64,000 bases of DNA from Squalus acanthias. Its lineage: Eukaryota. The stretch lies in the NCBI GenBank assembly GCA_030390025.1, contig JASTWF010000033.1:4528001-4592000 (forward strand). The letters are read 5' to 3'. The position numbers and the translations under genes are program-made. Shown here one piece after another: positions 40,551 through 53,187 of this stretch (positions are counted from its first letter, which is position 1; every line of letters starts with the position of its first letter). The notes beneath the pieces were generated by a model that was not told where the DNA came from, did no database searches, and worked only from the letters and a program-made list of their open reading frames with translations.

Positions 40551-43500
40551 TAGTTATACAGCACAGAACCAGGCCTTCAGCCCGTCGTGTCCACGCCGGC
40601 CATCAAGCCCTGTCTATTCTAATCCCATTTTCCAGCTCTTGTTCCGTAGCCTTGTATGCTATGGCGTTTGAAGTGCTCATCTAAATGCTTCTTGAATGTT
40701 GTGAGGTTTCCTGCCTCTACCACCCTTTCAGGCAGTGAGTTCCAGATTTCAACCACCCTCTGGGTGTAAAAGTTTTTCCTCAAATCCCCTCTAAACCTCC
40801 TGCCCCTTACCTTGAATCTATGTCCCCTTGCTATTGAACCCTCTACTAAGGGGAAATGTTCGTTTCTATCTACCCTATCTATGCCCCTCATAATTTTGTT
40901 CACCTCAATCAGGTCCCCCCTCAGCCTTCTCTGCTCTATAGAAAACAACCCCAACCTGTCCAGTCTCTCTTCATAGCTGAAGCGCTGCAGCACAGGTAAC
41001 ATCGTGGTGAATCTCCTCTGCACCCACTCCAATGCAATCACATCCTTCCTATAGTGTAGCGTCCAAAACTGCACACTGTATTCCAGCTGTGGCCTAACTA
41101 GTATTTTGTACAGCTCCATCATAACCTCCCTGCTCTTATATTCTATGCCTCGGCTAATGAAGGCAATTATCCCATATGCTTTTTTAACCACCTTGTCAAC
41201 CTGTCCTGCTGCATTTAGGGATCTATGTACATGCACATCAAGGTCCCACTGATCCTACCATTCACTGTGTATTCCCTTGCCTTGTTAGTCCTCCAAAAAT
41301 GCATCACCTTCACACTTTTCAGGGTTAATTTCCAGTTGCCACTGTTCTGCCCATCTGACCAACCCGTCTATATCGTCCTGTAGCCTGAGGCCTCCCTCCT
41401 CGCTATTTAACACCCCACCAATTTTCGTGTCATCTGCGAACTTACTGATCATACCTCCTACATTCATATCGAAATCATTAATGTTCACTACAAATAGCAA
41501 AGTACCCAGCAGCGATCCCTGCGGTACACCACTGGATACAGGCTTCCAGTCACAAAAACAACCTTCATCCATCGCCCCCTGCCTCCTGCCACTCAGCCAA
41601 TTTTGGATCCAATGTGCCAAGTTGCTCTGGATACTATGGGCTCTTACCTTCTTGACCAGTCTCCCTTGCGGGACTTTCTCAAATGCCTTACTGAAGTCCA
41701 TGTAGATCACATCAACTGCATTACCCTCATCCACACAACTAGTCACACCGTCGAAAAATTCAATCAAATTGGTCAGATATGATCTCCCCCAGACAAAGCC
41801 ATGCTGACTATCCTTGATTAATCCTAGCCTCTCCAAGTGGAGGCTGATTCTGTCCCTCATAATTGTTTACAATAATTTCCCTACCACTGATGTTAGGCTC
41901 ACTGGCCTATAATTCCCTGGTTTATCCCTACTACCCTTCTTGAATAATGGTACTACGTTAGCTGTTCACCAGTCCACTGGCACCTCCCCTGTGGCCAGAG
42001 ATGTTCTGAAAATTTGTGTCAGAGCCCCTGCAATCTCCTCCCTTGCCTCACAGAGCAGCCTGGGATACATCTCGTCTGGGAATGGGGATTTATCGACTTT
42101 TAAGCCCACTAAAACCACTAGTACCTCCTCCCTCTCAATAATAATTTGTTCAAGTATATCACAATCCCACTTTCTGATTTCTATGCCTACATCATCCTAC
42201 TCCATAGTGATAGCAGATTCAAAATATTCATTTAAAACCCCACCTACATCTTCTGGCTCTACACACAGATTGCCACTTTGGTACCTAATGGGCCCTACTC
42301 TTTCCCTGGTTATCCTCTTGCCCTTAATATATTTATTAAACACCTTGTGATTTTCCTTTATTTTGCCAGCCGGTGTTATTTCATGCCCCCTCTTTGCTCT
42401 CCTAATTTCTTTTTTAGGTACCCCCCTGCACTTTCTATACTCCTCTAGGGCTTCCACTATTTTCAGTCCTTTGTATCTGCCAAAAGCCTCCCTTTTTTTC
42501 CTAATCCATTCTCGTATATCCCGTGACATCCAGGGTTCCCTGGGCTTGTTGGTCCCACCCTTGACTTTTATGGAACATGTTGGCGTTGTACTCTCTCTAT
42601 TTCCTTTCATAAAGACTCCCACTGCTCTGATGTGGATTTTCCTACAAGTAGCTGATCCCAGTCCACTTTGCCGAGATCCTGCCTTATCATATTAAAATCG
42701 GCCTTCCCCCAATTTAGAACATTTATTTCCGGTCCATCTTTGTCCTTTTCCATGACTACCTTAAATCTCACCGAATTATGGTCACTGTCACCAAAATGCT
42801 CTCCTACTAACACTTCTACCACTTGCCCGGCTACATTCCCTAGAAGTAGGTCCAGTACTGCCGCCTCTCTTGAAGGAATTTCTAAATGCTGTCTCAAAAA
42901 GCTCTCCTGGATGCACTTTAAGAATTCCGCACCCTCTAAGCCTTTCACACTCTGACTATGCAAATTAATATTGGGGAAGTTGAAATCCCCTACTATTATT
43001 AGCCTATTATTTCTACACTTCTCTGAGATCTGCCCACATATCTGTTCCTCTATCTCCCCCTGACTGTCTGGGGGCCTATAGTACACTCCCAGCAAAGTGC
43101 TTGCCCCCTTTTTGTTTTTAAGTTCTACCCATATGGCCTCATTAGAGGGACCTGCTAAGATATCATCCCTCCTTACAGCAGTAATTAACTCATTGAATAA
43201 TATTGAGACACCCCCTCCTCTTTTACAACCGCCTCTGTCTCGCCTGAAGCTTCTATACACCGGAATATTGAGCTGCCAGTCCTGCCCCTCCATCAACCAT
43301 GTCTCTGTTATAGCAACAATATCATACTCCCATGTGTTCATCAACACCTTCAATTCTACTGCCTTACTCGCAAGACTCCTTGCGTTCAAATAAATGCCAT
43401 CGAGCCTTGCCATACTCCCTTGTGTCGTTACATATTTGCTCTGCATTCCAGGCTGACTTGTTTTTTCCTCTATATTTGGCTGTGCATCACCCCCTACTAT

Positions 43501-44240
43501 AGCTCCACTCCGTATCCCATCCCCCTGCCGAGTTAGTTTAACATCCACCCCACCCCCCCCCGCCCCCCCGCACCCCAACAGTACTAGCAAAACTTCCCAA
43601 AAGAATGTTGGTCCCGTTCCGGTTCAGGTGCAACCCGTCCGACTTGTACAGGTCCCACCTTCCCCTGAAGCAGACCCAGTGATCCAGGAAACGAAAGCTC
43701 TCCCTCCTGCACCAACTCTTTAGCCACGCATTCATCTGCTCTATCCTCCTATTCCTATACCCACTAGCACGTGGCACCGGGAGTAATCCAGGGATTACAA
43801 ACTTTGAGGTCCTGCTATTAAATCTGTTCCCTAGCTCCCTAAATTCTTGCTGCAGGAACTCATCCCTCTTTCTACCCATGTCGTTGGTACCACTGTGAAC
43901 CACGACATCTGGCTGTTCGCCCTCCCCCTTCAGAATGCCATGCAGCCGTTCAGTGACATACTTGACCCTGGGACCAGGGAGGCAACATAGCATTCTGGAG
44001 TCACGTCTGCGGCCACAGAAACGTCTATCTGTTTCCCTTACGATAGAATCCCCTATCACTATTGCTCTCCCACTCTTTTTCCTCCCCTCCTGTGCAGCTG
44101 AGCCACTCGTAGAGCCACGGACTTGGCTCTTGCTGCATTCCCCTGAGAAACCATCTCCCCCATCAGTATCCAAAACGGAAAATCTGCCGGAGAGGGAGAT
44201 GGACCCAGGGCACTACTGCACTAACTTCCTATTTCTTTTA
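40551..44240 (-). mobile_element. near-full-length CR1; duplicate copy B
   Basis: ORF1 SGNH esterase 43538..44173 (GDS, GTND, DGLH); APE 42607..43590; RT 41285..41860 (FADD). Confidence 0.95.
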
Positions 44241-44935
44241 CTCAGCTCCTCCCCACCACACCTAATATCCTCAGCTCCTCCCCACCCCATCTACTATCCT
44301 CAGCACCTCCCCACCCCACCTAATATCCTCAGCTCCTCCCCACCACACCTAATATTCTCAGCTCCTCCCCACCCCATCTAATACCTTCAGCTCCTCCCCA
44401 CCCCACCTAATATCCTCAGCACCTCCCCACAACACCTAATATCCTCAGCTCCTCCCCACCCCATCTAATATCCTCAGCTCCTTACCACCCACCTAATATC
44501 CTCAGCTCCTCTCCACCCCACTTAATATCCTCAGCTCCTCCCCACCCCACCTAATATCCTCAGCTCCTCCCCACCCCACCTAATATCCTCAGCTCCTCCC
44601 CACCCCACATAATATCCTCAGCTCCACCCCACCCCACCTAATATCCTTAGCTCCTCCCCACCCCACCTAATATCCTCAGCTCCACCCCACCCCAATTAAT
44701 ATCCTCAGCTCCACCCCACCCCATCTAATATCCTCAGCTCCTGCCCACCACACCTAATATCCTCAGCTCCTCCCCACCCCACCTAATATCCTCAGCTCCT
44801 CCCCACCCCACCTATTATCCTCAGCTCCTCCACACCCCACCTAATATCATCAGCTCCTCCCCACCACACCTAATATCCTGTGCTCCTCCCCACCACACCT
44901 AATATCGGCAGCTGCTCCCAAATCCACATACTATC
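44241..44935. repeat. 29-bp minisatellite block 3
   Basis: Direct tandem repeats. Confidence 0.95.
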
Positions 44936-45964
44936 TGAAGAGATCGCAAAGTCTCTGTTTGAAGAATGGACTCAGTCGAGAATATTTTTTGGACTTTATG
45001 GGATTTTTCTGAGGGTACTTTCCCTGTGATGGGATCACCCTGTGTTACTATGTGAAAAACTGGTTTGTTAAAACTCCAGAGAACGCATGGCAGTTGGCTG
45101 TGACAAAACAACTGTCAGTCATCCAGAATATGAAAAATCCCTTCTCACCTCCATCTCAGAAGAGTAGCAGACCAATGAACCCACTGGCCTAGCCAGCCGG
45201 AGAGGAGCCAGTTTTGCAAAACACAAAGACCGAAATATATCCCAGACTTAGGGCCATTGGTCCAATCACGGAGTACACATGGGTTTGAGGATGACCCATC
45301 AATGATTCAGCACCGGAGTGTTTCGAAACAAAAGGATTTTAATGATTGGCGTGAAAGATAGGTGTAGCAAGACTCCTATAAAGATAGATACTTTCCCACC
45401 ATTCTCTCTCTCTCTCTCGCTCTCGCTGCACCAAGATCTACCTAACATTAAGACCAGAGGAAGAAGCAGCTAATAGGAGCGATCGAGACCGACTGCATGT
45501 GGGGGTAAGCATGGTCTAGAGTGTCCCAAGCCGGTAACCAGTGGGCTGAGTTTTTCTCAGAAGTGAAGTTTTTGGGCTATTCCGAGGGTGGGAGCTTCCT
45601 TTGGTTCAGCCAGGCGAAGGGGCTTATGCGACTGGGTAATTCGTTGGTAGGGGTGGAATTAGAGTCCACCATAGCAACACTGGAAATACTGCATTTTATA
45701 GTCCCCAGTTTGTACTGTATGTTTGTTGATTGTAACCTGGATTTTATTCTCCACAGAGACAATGATTTCGTTTAGTAGTGCACGTTTTAGCCAGTTTATG
45801 TTAGACCAAATAAATATAAGTTTGATTTTTCGCTGAAGCATTCCTGTCCTTGAATTATTTCATTTACACTCTGAATAATAATTCCCGGGTATAGAACTTT
45901 CGTAAGGCGGGGGCGATTGGAACCGTCCATCTAGCAATTGGGCTAGGATCAAAAACCGCTTACA
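44936..45964 (+). repeat. 5' LTR (1029 bp)
   Basis: TGAAGAGATC...AAACCGCTTACA, homologous to 55324-57178; TATAAA 45377, AATAAA 45809. Confidence 0.93.
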
Positions 45965-45969
45965 TCACT

Positions 45970-45987
45970 TGGCGACCGCGGCAGGAC
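45970..45987 (+). promoter_or_regulatory. primer binding site, tRNA-Arg(TCG)
   Basis: TGGCGACCGCGGCAGGAC is the reverse complement of GTCCTGCCGCGGTCG-CCA, the vertebrate tRNA-Arg(TCG) 3' end as recalled. Confidence 0.85.
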
Positions 45988-46013
45988 CTGGGTTAAAGGA
46001 GTGTAAATCAGTC

Positions 46014-47693
46014 ATGGACAGCGCTTCTGGCGAAAGATCCCAAATGGAGGAAAGGATTTCTTCATATGTGTTTAAGAAGGTTAACGTCACTAAGAAGTGG
46101 GTGCTAGGCTGGTTGCGTGCTGAGCGTCCGGTGGACGCAGTGGCAGAATGGACGGAGGGCAAGGAGCAGAGGCGCAGCATTGAAAAGGCGATATGGCTCA
46201 TCTGTCGACAAAGACAAGTCCAACTGCTAAATAAGCAGGTTGCGAGATTAGAGGCAGAGCTCAGGGAGTCCGAGGCACAGTCAGACGCAAGGGTTGTAGT
46301 AGGGAGCAGGTTATGCACGGAGCCAAGGGATGAGAAGTCGGGAAATATAAGGCAGGAGAAAACCTTCCGTAACCATAAGGTGTTCCTGCAATGCCAGGTA
46401 ACTGAGGCAAAGGGGAACGAGAGGATGGTTAGGGAGAAGAACGCTCGCTTGTCGAGTGAGGTAAAGGTGCTGGGAGAGCAGTTGAAGGATATTCAGGTGG
46501 CATACAGAGACGCCAGCACTAGAGGGTTTGATACGGGTAATCATGGTCCTGGCCAGGAGCAGATCCGGAATTTGACCGATGCTCTATCTAAGGCCCAAGG
46601 GATGGTCTCCTTGGTAGCTGCGGGAATGGCCCGGGTAGATGAGGAAGAGCAGGTGGGAGATAAGGAGGACTGTGAGGTACAGGAGGACGCTCGACCACCG
46701 CCCGAAGTGCCGGGACCAGGACCCATGTGCCCTGTCCGGCAGCGGAAATACGGTGCGCCCGTAGACGGTCAAGAGCAAGGAGCACTGCAGAGTGACTTCG
46801 TGGTCCCGTATACGACACCCCAGCTGCAGGCAATGGTCTCTAACCTGACCAAACTGACCAGCACAGGGGACCCATCTGTCCATTTTACGGATGTGGAGCA
46901 GGTGGGGGGGATCAATAATTGTAACCAAGCTGAGACAGACAAATTACTTCTATTTTCCCTGGATAGTAGGTTGTACCAGTCGCTCTCAGCGGGTAGCAAG
47001 AGGGGGCAGGGTACGTTAGAGGGGATAAAGGATGACATCCTAGAGGCTATGGGCCTCAGTGATGAAAGTCCCTTCTCCCGAGTGGAAAGGACACTGCAGT
47101 CAGCTGGGGAGGCACCGCAGGCTTTCGCGGACAGGCTTTGGACCGTCTACCGGAGTGCCTGTGCGGGGGTGCCCGACCGGGCGCAGCTGCAGGGGGAGCC
47201 TAGGGCTCATTGGCTGAGGACCCTGGTGGCGAACAGCCTGCCCAGGATCAAGGCCAAAGCAGAGGGGTGGTTCGATTCCAGGGATCCCCAGACCACAGAA
47301 GTGAGGGTGATCCGGCAGTTAACTCTCTCTTTGAAGAATGGTAGGGGTGAGGATGACAAACCAAAGGGCAGAGTACACGAGTTAAAGCCTAGTGGAGGCA
47401 ACGTTAGAAGAGAGTGGCGCCAGGAAGGGGGTAGCTCAGAGAAGAAGCAGGGTTGTTATGTGTGCGGGAGTAAAGGGCACTGGAGGAAAGACTGCCCAGT
47501 CTCTGACAAAAGGAGCGGGAAAGGGGATCCTCCAGCTCCAGTGCAGAAAGCCGCAGCTGTGGCAGGAAGCAGCACTGATCCGTTCGCGGTATTAGTGGCT
47601 GTTCTCCGCGCAGTGTTTCCGGCAGGGCAGGGTAGGGTGGACACGGCAGCGGGCAGCGTACTCCCATCCGCCCCGAACAATCCCGACCGATGA
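46014..47693 (+). CDS. gag: Gag polyprotein (coiled coil, Pro-rich segment, CCHC zinc knuckle)
   Basis: Open ~559 codons from ATG 46014; CYVCGSKGHWRKDC. Confidence 0.88.
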   Translation: MDSASGERSQMEERISSYVFKKVNVTKKWVLGWLRAERPVDAVAEWTEGKEQRRSIEKAIWLICRQRQVQLLNKQVARLEAELRESEAQSDARVVVGSRLCTEPRDEKSGNIRQEKTFRNHKVFLQCQVTEAKGNERMVREKNARLSSEVKVLGEQLKDIQVAYRDASTRGFDTGNHGPGQEQIRNLTDALSKAQGMVSLVAAGMARVDEEEQVGDKEDCEVQEDARPPPEVPGPGPMCPVRQRKYGAPVDGQEQGALQSDFVVPYTTPQLQAMVSNLTKLTSTGDPSVHFTDVEQVGGINNCNQAETDKLLLFSLDSRLYQSLSAGSKRGQGTLEGIKDDILEAMGLSDESPFSRVERTLQSAGEAPQAFADRLWTVYRSACAGVPDRAQLQGEPRAHWLRTLVANSLPRIKAKAEGWFDSRDPQTTEVRVIRQLTLSLKNGRGEDDKPKGRVHELKPSGGNVRREWRQEGGSSEKKQGCYVCGSKGHWRKDCPVSDKRSGKGDPPAPVQKAAAVAGSSTDPFAVLVAVLRAVFPAGQGRVDTAAGSVLPSAPNNPDR

Positions 47694-50600
47694 CTAGGGG
47701 CTTCTCAGCCCGTTTACCTGTGCCCACTAAGATATGATGCTTGGAAGAGACCGTGCGTGAAGATGGGGGTGGAGAAGATGCAAAGGACCTATCTGCTGGA
47801 CACTGGAGCTTCAAGCACCATTGTCTATGCGGATAACCCGACCACAGCACCTCTATCGTGTGGGGTCCCATATAACTTAGTAGAGTTCACCAGGAACGAA
47901 CAGGCTGGGTCTTTCTCCATCCCACTAGCCATCGATCTGGGTACACTCCGTACGGAGTGGAAATGTGTCCTGATGGGGTGGGAGCGGGAGGGATAGGCAT
48001 TCTGGGGGCAGACTTCATACTGGCCCACAAGATATTGGTGGATTTTCGGAATCACTGTCTTTGGGGGGCAGTATGCACGGGAAAGGAGAAGGAGGTGGCA
48101 GTTATACCAGGGAAGCAAGGCAAGGGAACCGTGTGTACGATGAAGACCAAGGATAGTTATGACCTTGAACTTTTGGTCACTTCTACCCCAGCGGAGTACA
48201 TAGCGGATGTACGAGCCAACCTCACGGCATTCGCTACACACAAGCACGACTGTGGGAGGGTAATCGGGGTGGAGGTCAGAGTAGAAGGAGACCCCATGGC
48301 CCAACCACAGAAACAGTGCAACTTCCCCAGAGAGGCAGAGGCGGATTTAGAGATGGCATTTGGATCATTGGTTGAGCAGGGTGTGTTGGGACCCATAGCG
48401 ACCCATGTGAACTCTCCGATTTGGCCAGTTAGGAAACTGGACAATTCGTGGAGAGCCACTGTGGACTATCGGGTTCTTAACAAGAACATCCTAGGCCTGT
48501 GCCCCCACCATTGCAGCCGTAGCCGACCTGATCGGGAGTATCCCGGCATCCGCAAAAACATTCACGGTGCTGGACATTTCGAATGGATTCTGGTCTATCC
48601 CTCTCAAAAGGGAGGACCAGTATAAATTCGCATTCACTTTCAAGGGTCAGCAGTACACATGGACCTGCCTCCCCCGAGGGTTTCATAACTGTCCTTCTAT
48701 TTTCCACCAATATATGGCCAACTGTTTAAAAGGGTTTAGCAGACCGCAGCAGCTTGTACAGTACGTGGACGACCTGTTTTTATTCTCCAACGAGGGGGAG
48801 GAGAATGGCCCCCTGCTGGCTGAGCTGCTGAGTCTGTTAAAGGAAGCTGAGTTCAAGGTTAATCCCAAGAAAGCACAGATCGGCCAGCAGGACGTAAAAT
48901 TCCTCAGGCTGACCATGCGTACTGGGGAGAGGGCCATCGATGAGGCGAAAAGGAAGGCGGTACAGGAGCTACCTGCCCTGACCACGATAACGGAGGTAAG
49001 CTCCTTCCTGTGACTCAGAGGGTATTGCAGGTATTTCATAGAGGACTATGCCACTACGGCAGCTCCTCTACTCCGGCTCCTTCACAAGGGAGTGGGATGA
49101 GGACTGCATGGCAGCTTTTAGTCGTCTGTAGAGAGATTTGCAGACCGCACCGGCTTTAGGAGCGTTGATGGGGGAAAGGAGTTATTTTTGGAGGTAGCTG
49201 CCACAGGGGACAGTTTGAGGGCAGTGCTGCTCCAGGAGCGGCATGGCAAGCTGAGGCCTGTGGTATACTCATCAAGAATCCTCACAGATGTAGAGAGGGG
49301 GTACTCCAATTGTGAGAGGCACCTGCTTGCCACACATTGGGCCGTGAGGAGATCACAAATCTTCACGGGAGCGTCCCCGTTAACTCTCTTAACCCATCAT
49401 ACGCCCACTCAGATGCTTCTGGATGGGAGGATAAAGGACGGCACGGTGAGCAGTGCACGCATTGCTCGCTGGACTTTATTGCTCTCTCAGACGAATTTGA
49501 GTGTGAAAGGCCTCTGTGAGCCTAAGCTCCCCGCAAATTTGATCTACCGAGTGGTGGCCCACAAATGTTCTGTTGAATGGGTATGGGACGTAGACATAGG
49601 GTTTCGGGCTGGGATCCATGTAGACGGGTCCAGTACAGTGGTGGCAGGGGAGCAACTCACTGGATGCGGGATTTTTGACCCAAAGGCAGGCATTGCCAAG
49701 ACCATTAAACTCCTGAGCACCATGAGCGCCCAGCACGCTGAACTGTAGGCGGTGGTGTTTGTGTTTACTCAGCCCGAAGTGTACCCTACACCCTATACTA
49801 TTCACTTGCAATTTGTGGACAGAATATTTAGCCATTTGGTCTCGTCGTGGGTTCACATCTGCAGACGGGAAACCCCTAGCAACAAAGCCATTGTTGCAAC
49901 AGATCATAACATCGATAGGAACCCAGGGGGATTTCTATATCCACAAAGTCAAGGCCCATTCAAAGGCGGAACCCCGTGCGGAGGGCAATCAGCAGGCCAA
50001 CGTGATGACCAAAGAGGGTGCTCGAACGGGCACGTTTTGGGATCCATATGGGTCGAGTCAGGTAGCAGCGATCAGAGACAGAGGTGGGGCCTAAGCGCGT
50101 GCAGGGGTAGCATTGGCACCGGACCTAAAGATGGTCCAGGCACGGGATCCCGTCATAAAGACTGTTCTGGAGACGTTGGCTTAGGGAGATAAGGTAGAGC
50201 GTCCATACGGAGTGGCAGGTATCTCGCTAAATACGTAGTACCATTATTAAAGAAGGGTAGTAGGGATAAACCATGGAATTACAGGCCAGTGAGCCTGACA
50301 TCAGTGGTAGGGAAATTATTGGAAAAAATTCTGAGGGACAGAATTAGTCTCCACTTGGAGAGGCAAGGATTAATCAAGTATAGTCATCATGGCTTTGTCA
50401 GGGGGAGATCATGTCTAACCAATTTGATTGAGTTTTTCGAGCGGGTGACTAGGTGTATGGATGAGGGTAGTGCAGTTGATATAGTCTGCATGGACTTCAG
50501 TAAGGCTTTTGACGAAGTCCCGCATGGGTGACTGGTCAAGAAGGTAAAAGCCCATGGGATCCAGTGCAACCTGGCACATTGGATCCAAAATTGGCTTAGT

Positions 50601-52987
50601 GGCAGGAGGCAGAGGGTGATGGTCGAAGGTTGTTTTTGTGACTGGAAGCCTGTGTCCAATCGTGTACGGCTAGGATCGGTGCTGGGTCCTTTACATTAGT
50701 GTAGTGTACATTAATGATTTAGATATGAATGTAAGAGGTATGATCAGTAAGTTCGCAGATGACACGAAAATTGGTGGGGTGGTAAATAGCGAGGAGGGAA
50801 GCCTCAGGCTACAGGACGGTATAGACGGGATGGTTAGATGGGCAGAACAGTGGCACATGGAATTTAACCCTGAAAAGTGTGAGGTGATGCATTTTGGGAG
50901 GACTAACAAGGCAAGGGAATACATAATGAACGGTAGGGCCCTGGGAAGGACAGAGGATCAGAGGGACATTGTTGAGCATGTACATAGATCCCTGAAGGCA
51001 GCAGGACAGGTAGATAAGGTGGTTAAAAAGGCACATGGGAAACTTGCCTACATTAACCGAGGCATAGAATATAAGAGCAGGGAGGTTATGATGGAGCTGC
51101 ACAAACCGCAAGTTAGGCCATAGCTGGAATAATGTGTGCAGTTCTGGGTGCCACACAATAGGAAGGATGTGATTGCATTGGAGAGGGTGCAGAGGAGTTT
51201 CACCAGGATGTTACCTGCGCTGCAGCGCTTCAGCTATGAAGAGAGACTGGACAGGCTGTGGTTGTTTTCCTTAGAGCAGAGAAGGCTGAGGGAGGACCTG
51301 ATTGAGGTGTACAAAATTATGAGGTGCATAGATAGGGTAGATAGAAAGGAACTTTTTCCCCTTATTAGAGGGGTCAATAACCAGGGGGCATAGCTTCAAG
51401 GTAAGGGGCAGGAGGTTTAGATGGGTTGAGGAAAAACTTTTTCACCCAGAGGGTGGTTGGAATCTGGAACTCACTGCCTGAAAGGGTGGTAGATTGAGGA
51501 ACCCTCACAGCATTCAAGAAGCATTTAGATGAGCACTTGAAATGCCATAGCGTACAAGGCTACGGACCAAGTGCTGGAACATGGGATTAGAATAGACAGG
51601 GCTTGATGGCCGGCGTGGACACGATGGGCCGAAGGGCCTCTTTCTGTGCTGTATAACTCTATGACTCTATGACTCTATGACTCTAAAGGAAGGGACGGTT
51701 TTCAGAGGGGAACAGTGGGCAGTTCAGCAGCAGCACCGGAGACAATTCCTTCAGTTGGCCCAGGAGGGTCCAGGAGCGGGGCACCCCGGGCCGGAGACCA
51801 CCTGGCAACGGGTGAGGGAGGACGTCCGCGACTTCTGCACGGATTGCTTGGTGAGTGCTGCAAACAACTCTGACACCCCAAAAAAGGAAGGTATCCATGG
51901 GACACACTAGGAGAGTGGAGGGACCATGGCAGTCCATACAGGTCGATTATATCGGACCGCTGCCCACCGCGCAGCGGGGTTACAAGTACTGCCTGGTCCT
52001 TGTGGATGTGTTCTCTCAATGGGTAGAAGCCTTCCCATGCCGAACAGCCACAGCTTTGTGGACCGCAAGGATTGTAGTGAGAGAAGTGTTCTCTCGGCTA
52101 CCATGGTATGTGGAGTCCGATCAGGGGAGTCACTTCACAGCGGCAGTCATGCAGGCGACTCTGAAGATCTAAGGTGTAGAGGGTAAATGGCACGTCGCAC
52201 ACAACACGCAGTCATCTCGGATTGTGGAGCGGATGAATAGGACCATCAAGGATAGGTTACGGAAGGAGACGGGAGACTCGCCTAGAAAATGGGCGGTTGT
52301 CTTGCCGTTAGTTCTGATGGGTTCCGAGCCAGCCCGTCCAGAAGCACAGGGTATTCCCCGTATGAGCTCCTGACTGGCAGGATCATGAGAACGCCCAGCC
52401 ATGTACTGGCCCCGGTTCTCACGGAAGGTCAGTTGAGAGAGGTGAACCGGGACAGGTTTGTTAAGAATTTGTTTGAGCATCTCAGACAGATCCATTGGCA
52501 GGCTGCCAGTAACATGGGGAAGCAACATCGTAGAAATCGTTTATTGCTTGAGCCTCAGAGGCAACACGAGTGGAAGGTCGGAGATCAAGTAATGGTTAGA
52601 AACTTCGCCAAGGTAGGGACTTTTGAACCGCTATACATGGGACCGTACAGTATTGTGGATAGTGCAAGTCCGATGGTATATGCGATCAAAATGCCTCGAC
52701 GCACCAAGTGGTTCCATATCAATCAGTGCAAGCTTTTCAACCCTGGGGAAAGAGCTGATAAGAGGAGGAAACAGCAGGGAGTGTTGAGCTGCGCTACAGG
52801 TGTGGGACTCCAGCCCATAATCTGGGACTGTGAGGAGCCCACAGAGGGACCAGTCGTTCCGCCTGTGGGGACTGGAGTGAGAAGGAGTGCCAGGATCCCA
52901 CGGCCGAGGGTGCCGTGGACGCCTCCTTACACACCGTTGAACGATGGAAGCCGGAGTTGTAAGAGGCCCAGGGTCGAGGAGACCTAG
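47694..52987 (+). pseudogene. pol: pol (PR-RT-tether-RNase H-IN) with multiple stops/frameshifts and a CR1 insertion
   Basis: LLDTGAS..ILGADF; NSPIWPVRK, LDISNGFW, LPRGFHN, QYVDDL; RPVVYSSR..YSNCERHL; HVDGS..SAQHAEL..KVKAH..GNQQAN; QVDYIGP, SDQG, IVERMN; GPY. Confidence 0.93.
50232..51682 (+). mobile_element. 5'-truncated CR1 inserted in pol (IN N-terminal region)
   Basis: RT ORFs 50289..51393; (GACTCTAT)n tail; CTAAA on both sides (50227-31, 51683-87); removal restores AGISLKEGTVFR. Confidence 0.93.
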
Positions 52988-53187
52988 TGTGGCCACCCGG
53001 AGACGGGTGGCGCTGTACATAACTTCTTTCTCTCCTGTCTGTTGCCTTAGCTTGTCTGTATAGTTTGGATTTACATGTATGCTGTGGATACCAAATGTAA
53101 TCGTGTGTAGCTGCGTCTGGAAAGGTGAGGCATCACCCAAGGACAACGTTGCATTCTGTGTCTTTTCAGAGAACGCCTAAGAACAAG

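Noticed and set aside
43538..44173. Host GDSL/SGNH lipase gene
   Set aside because: It is the esterase domain of CR1 ORF1, directly upstream of APE-RT
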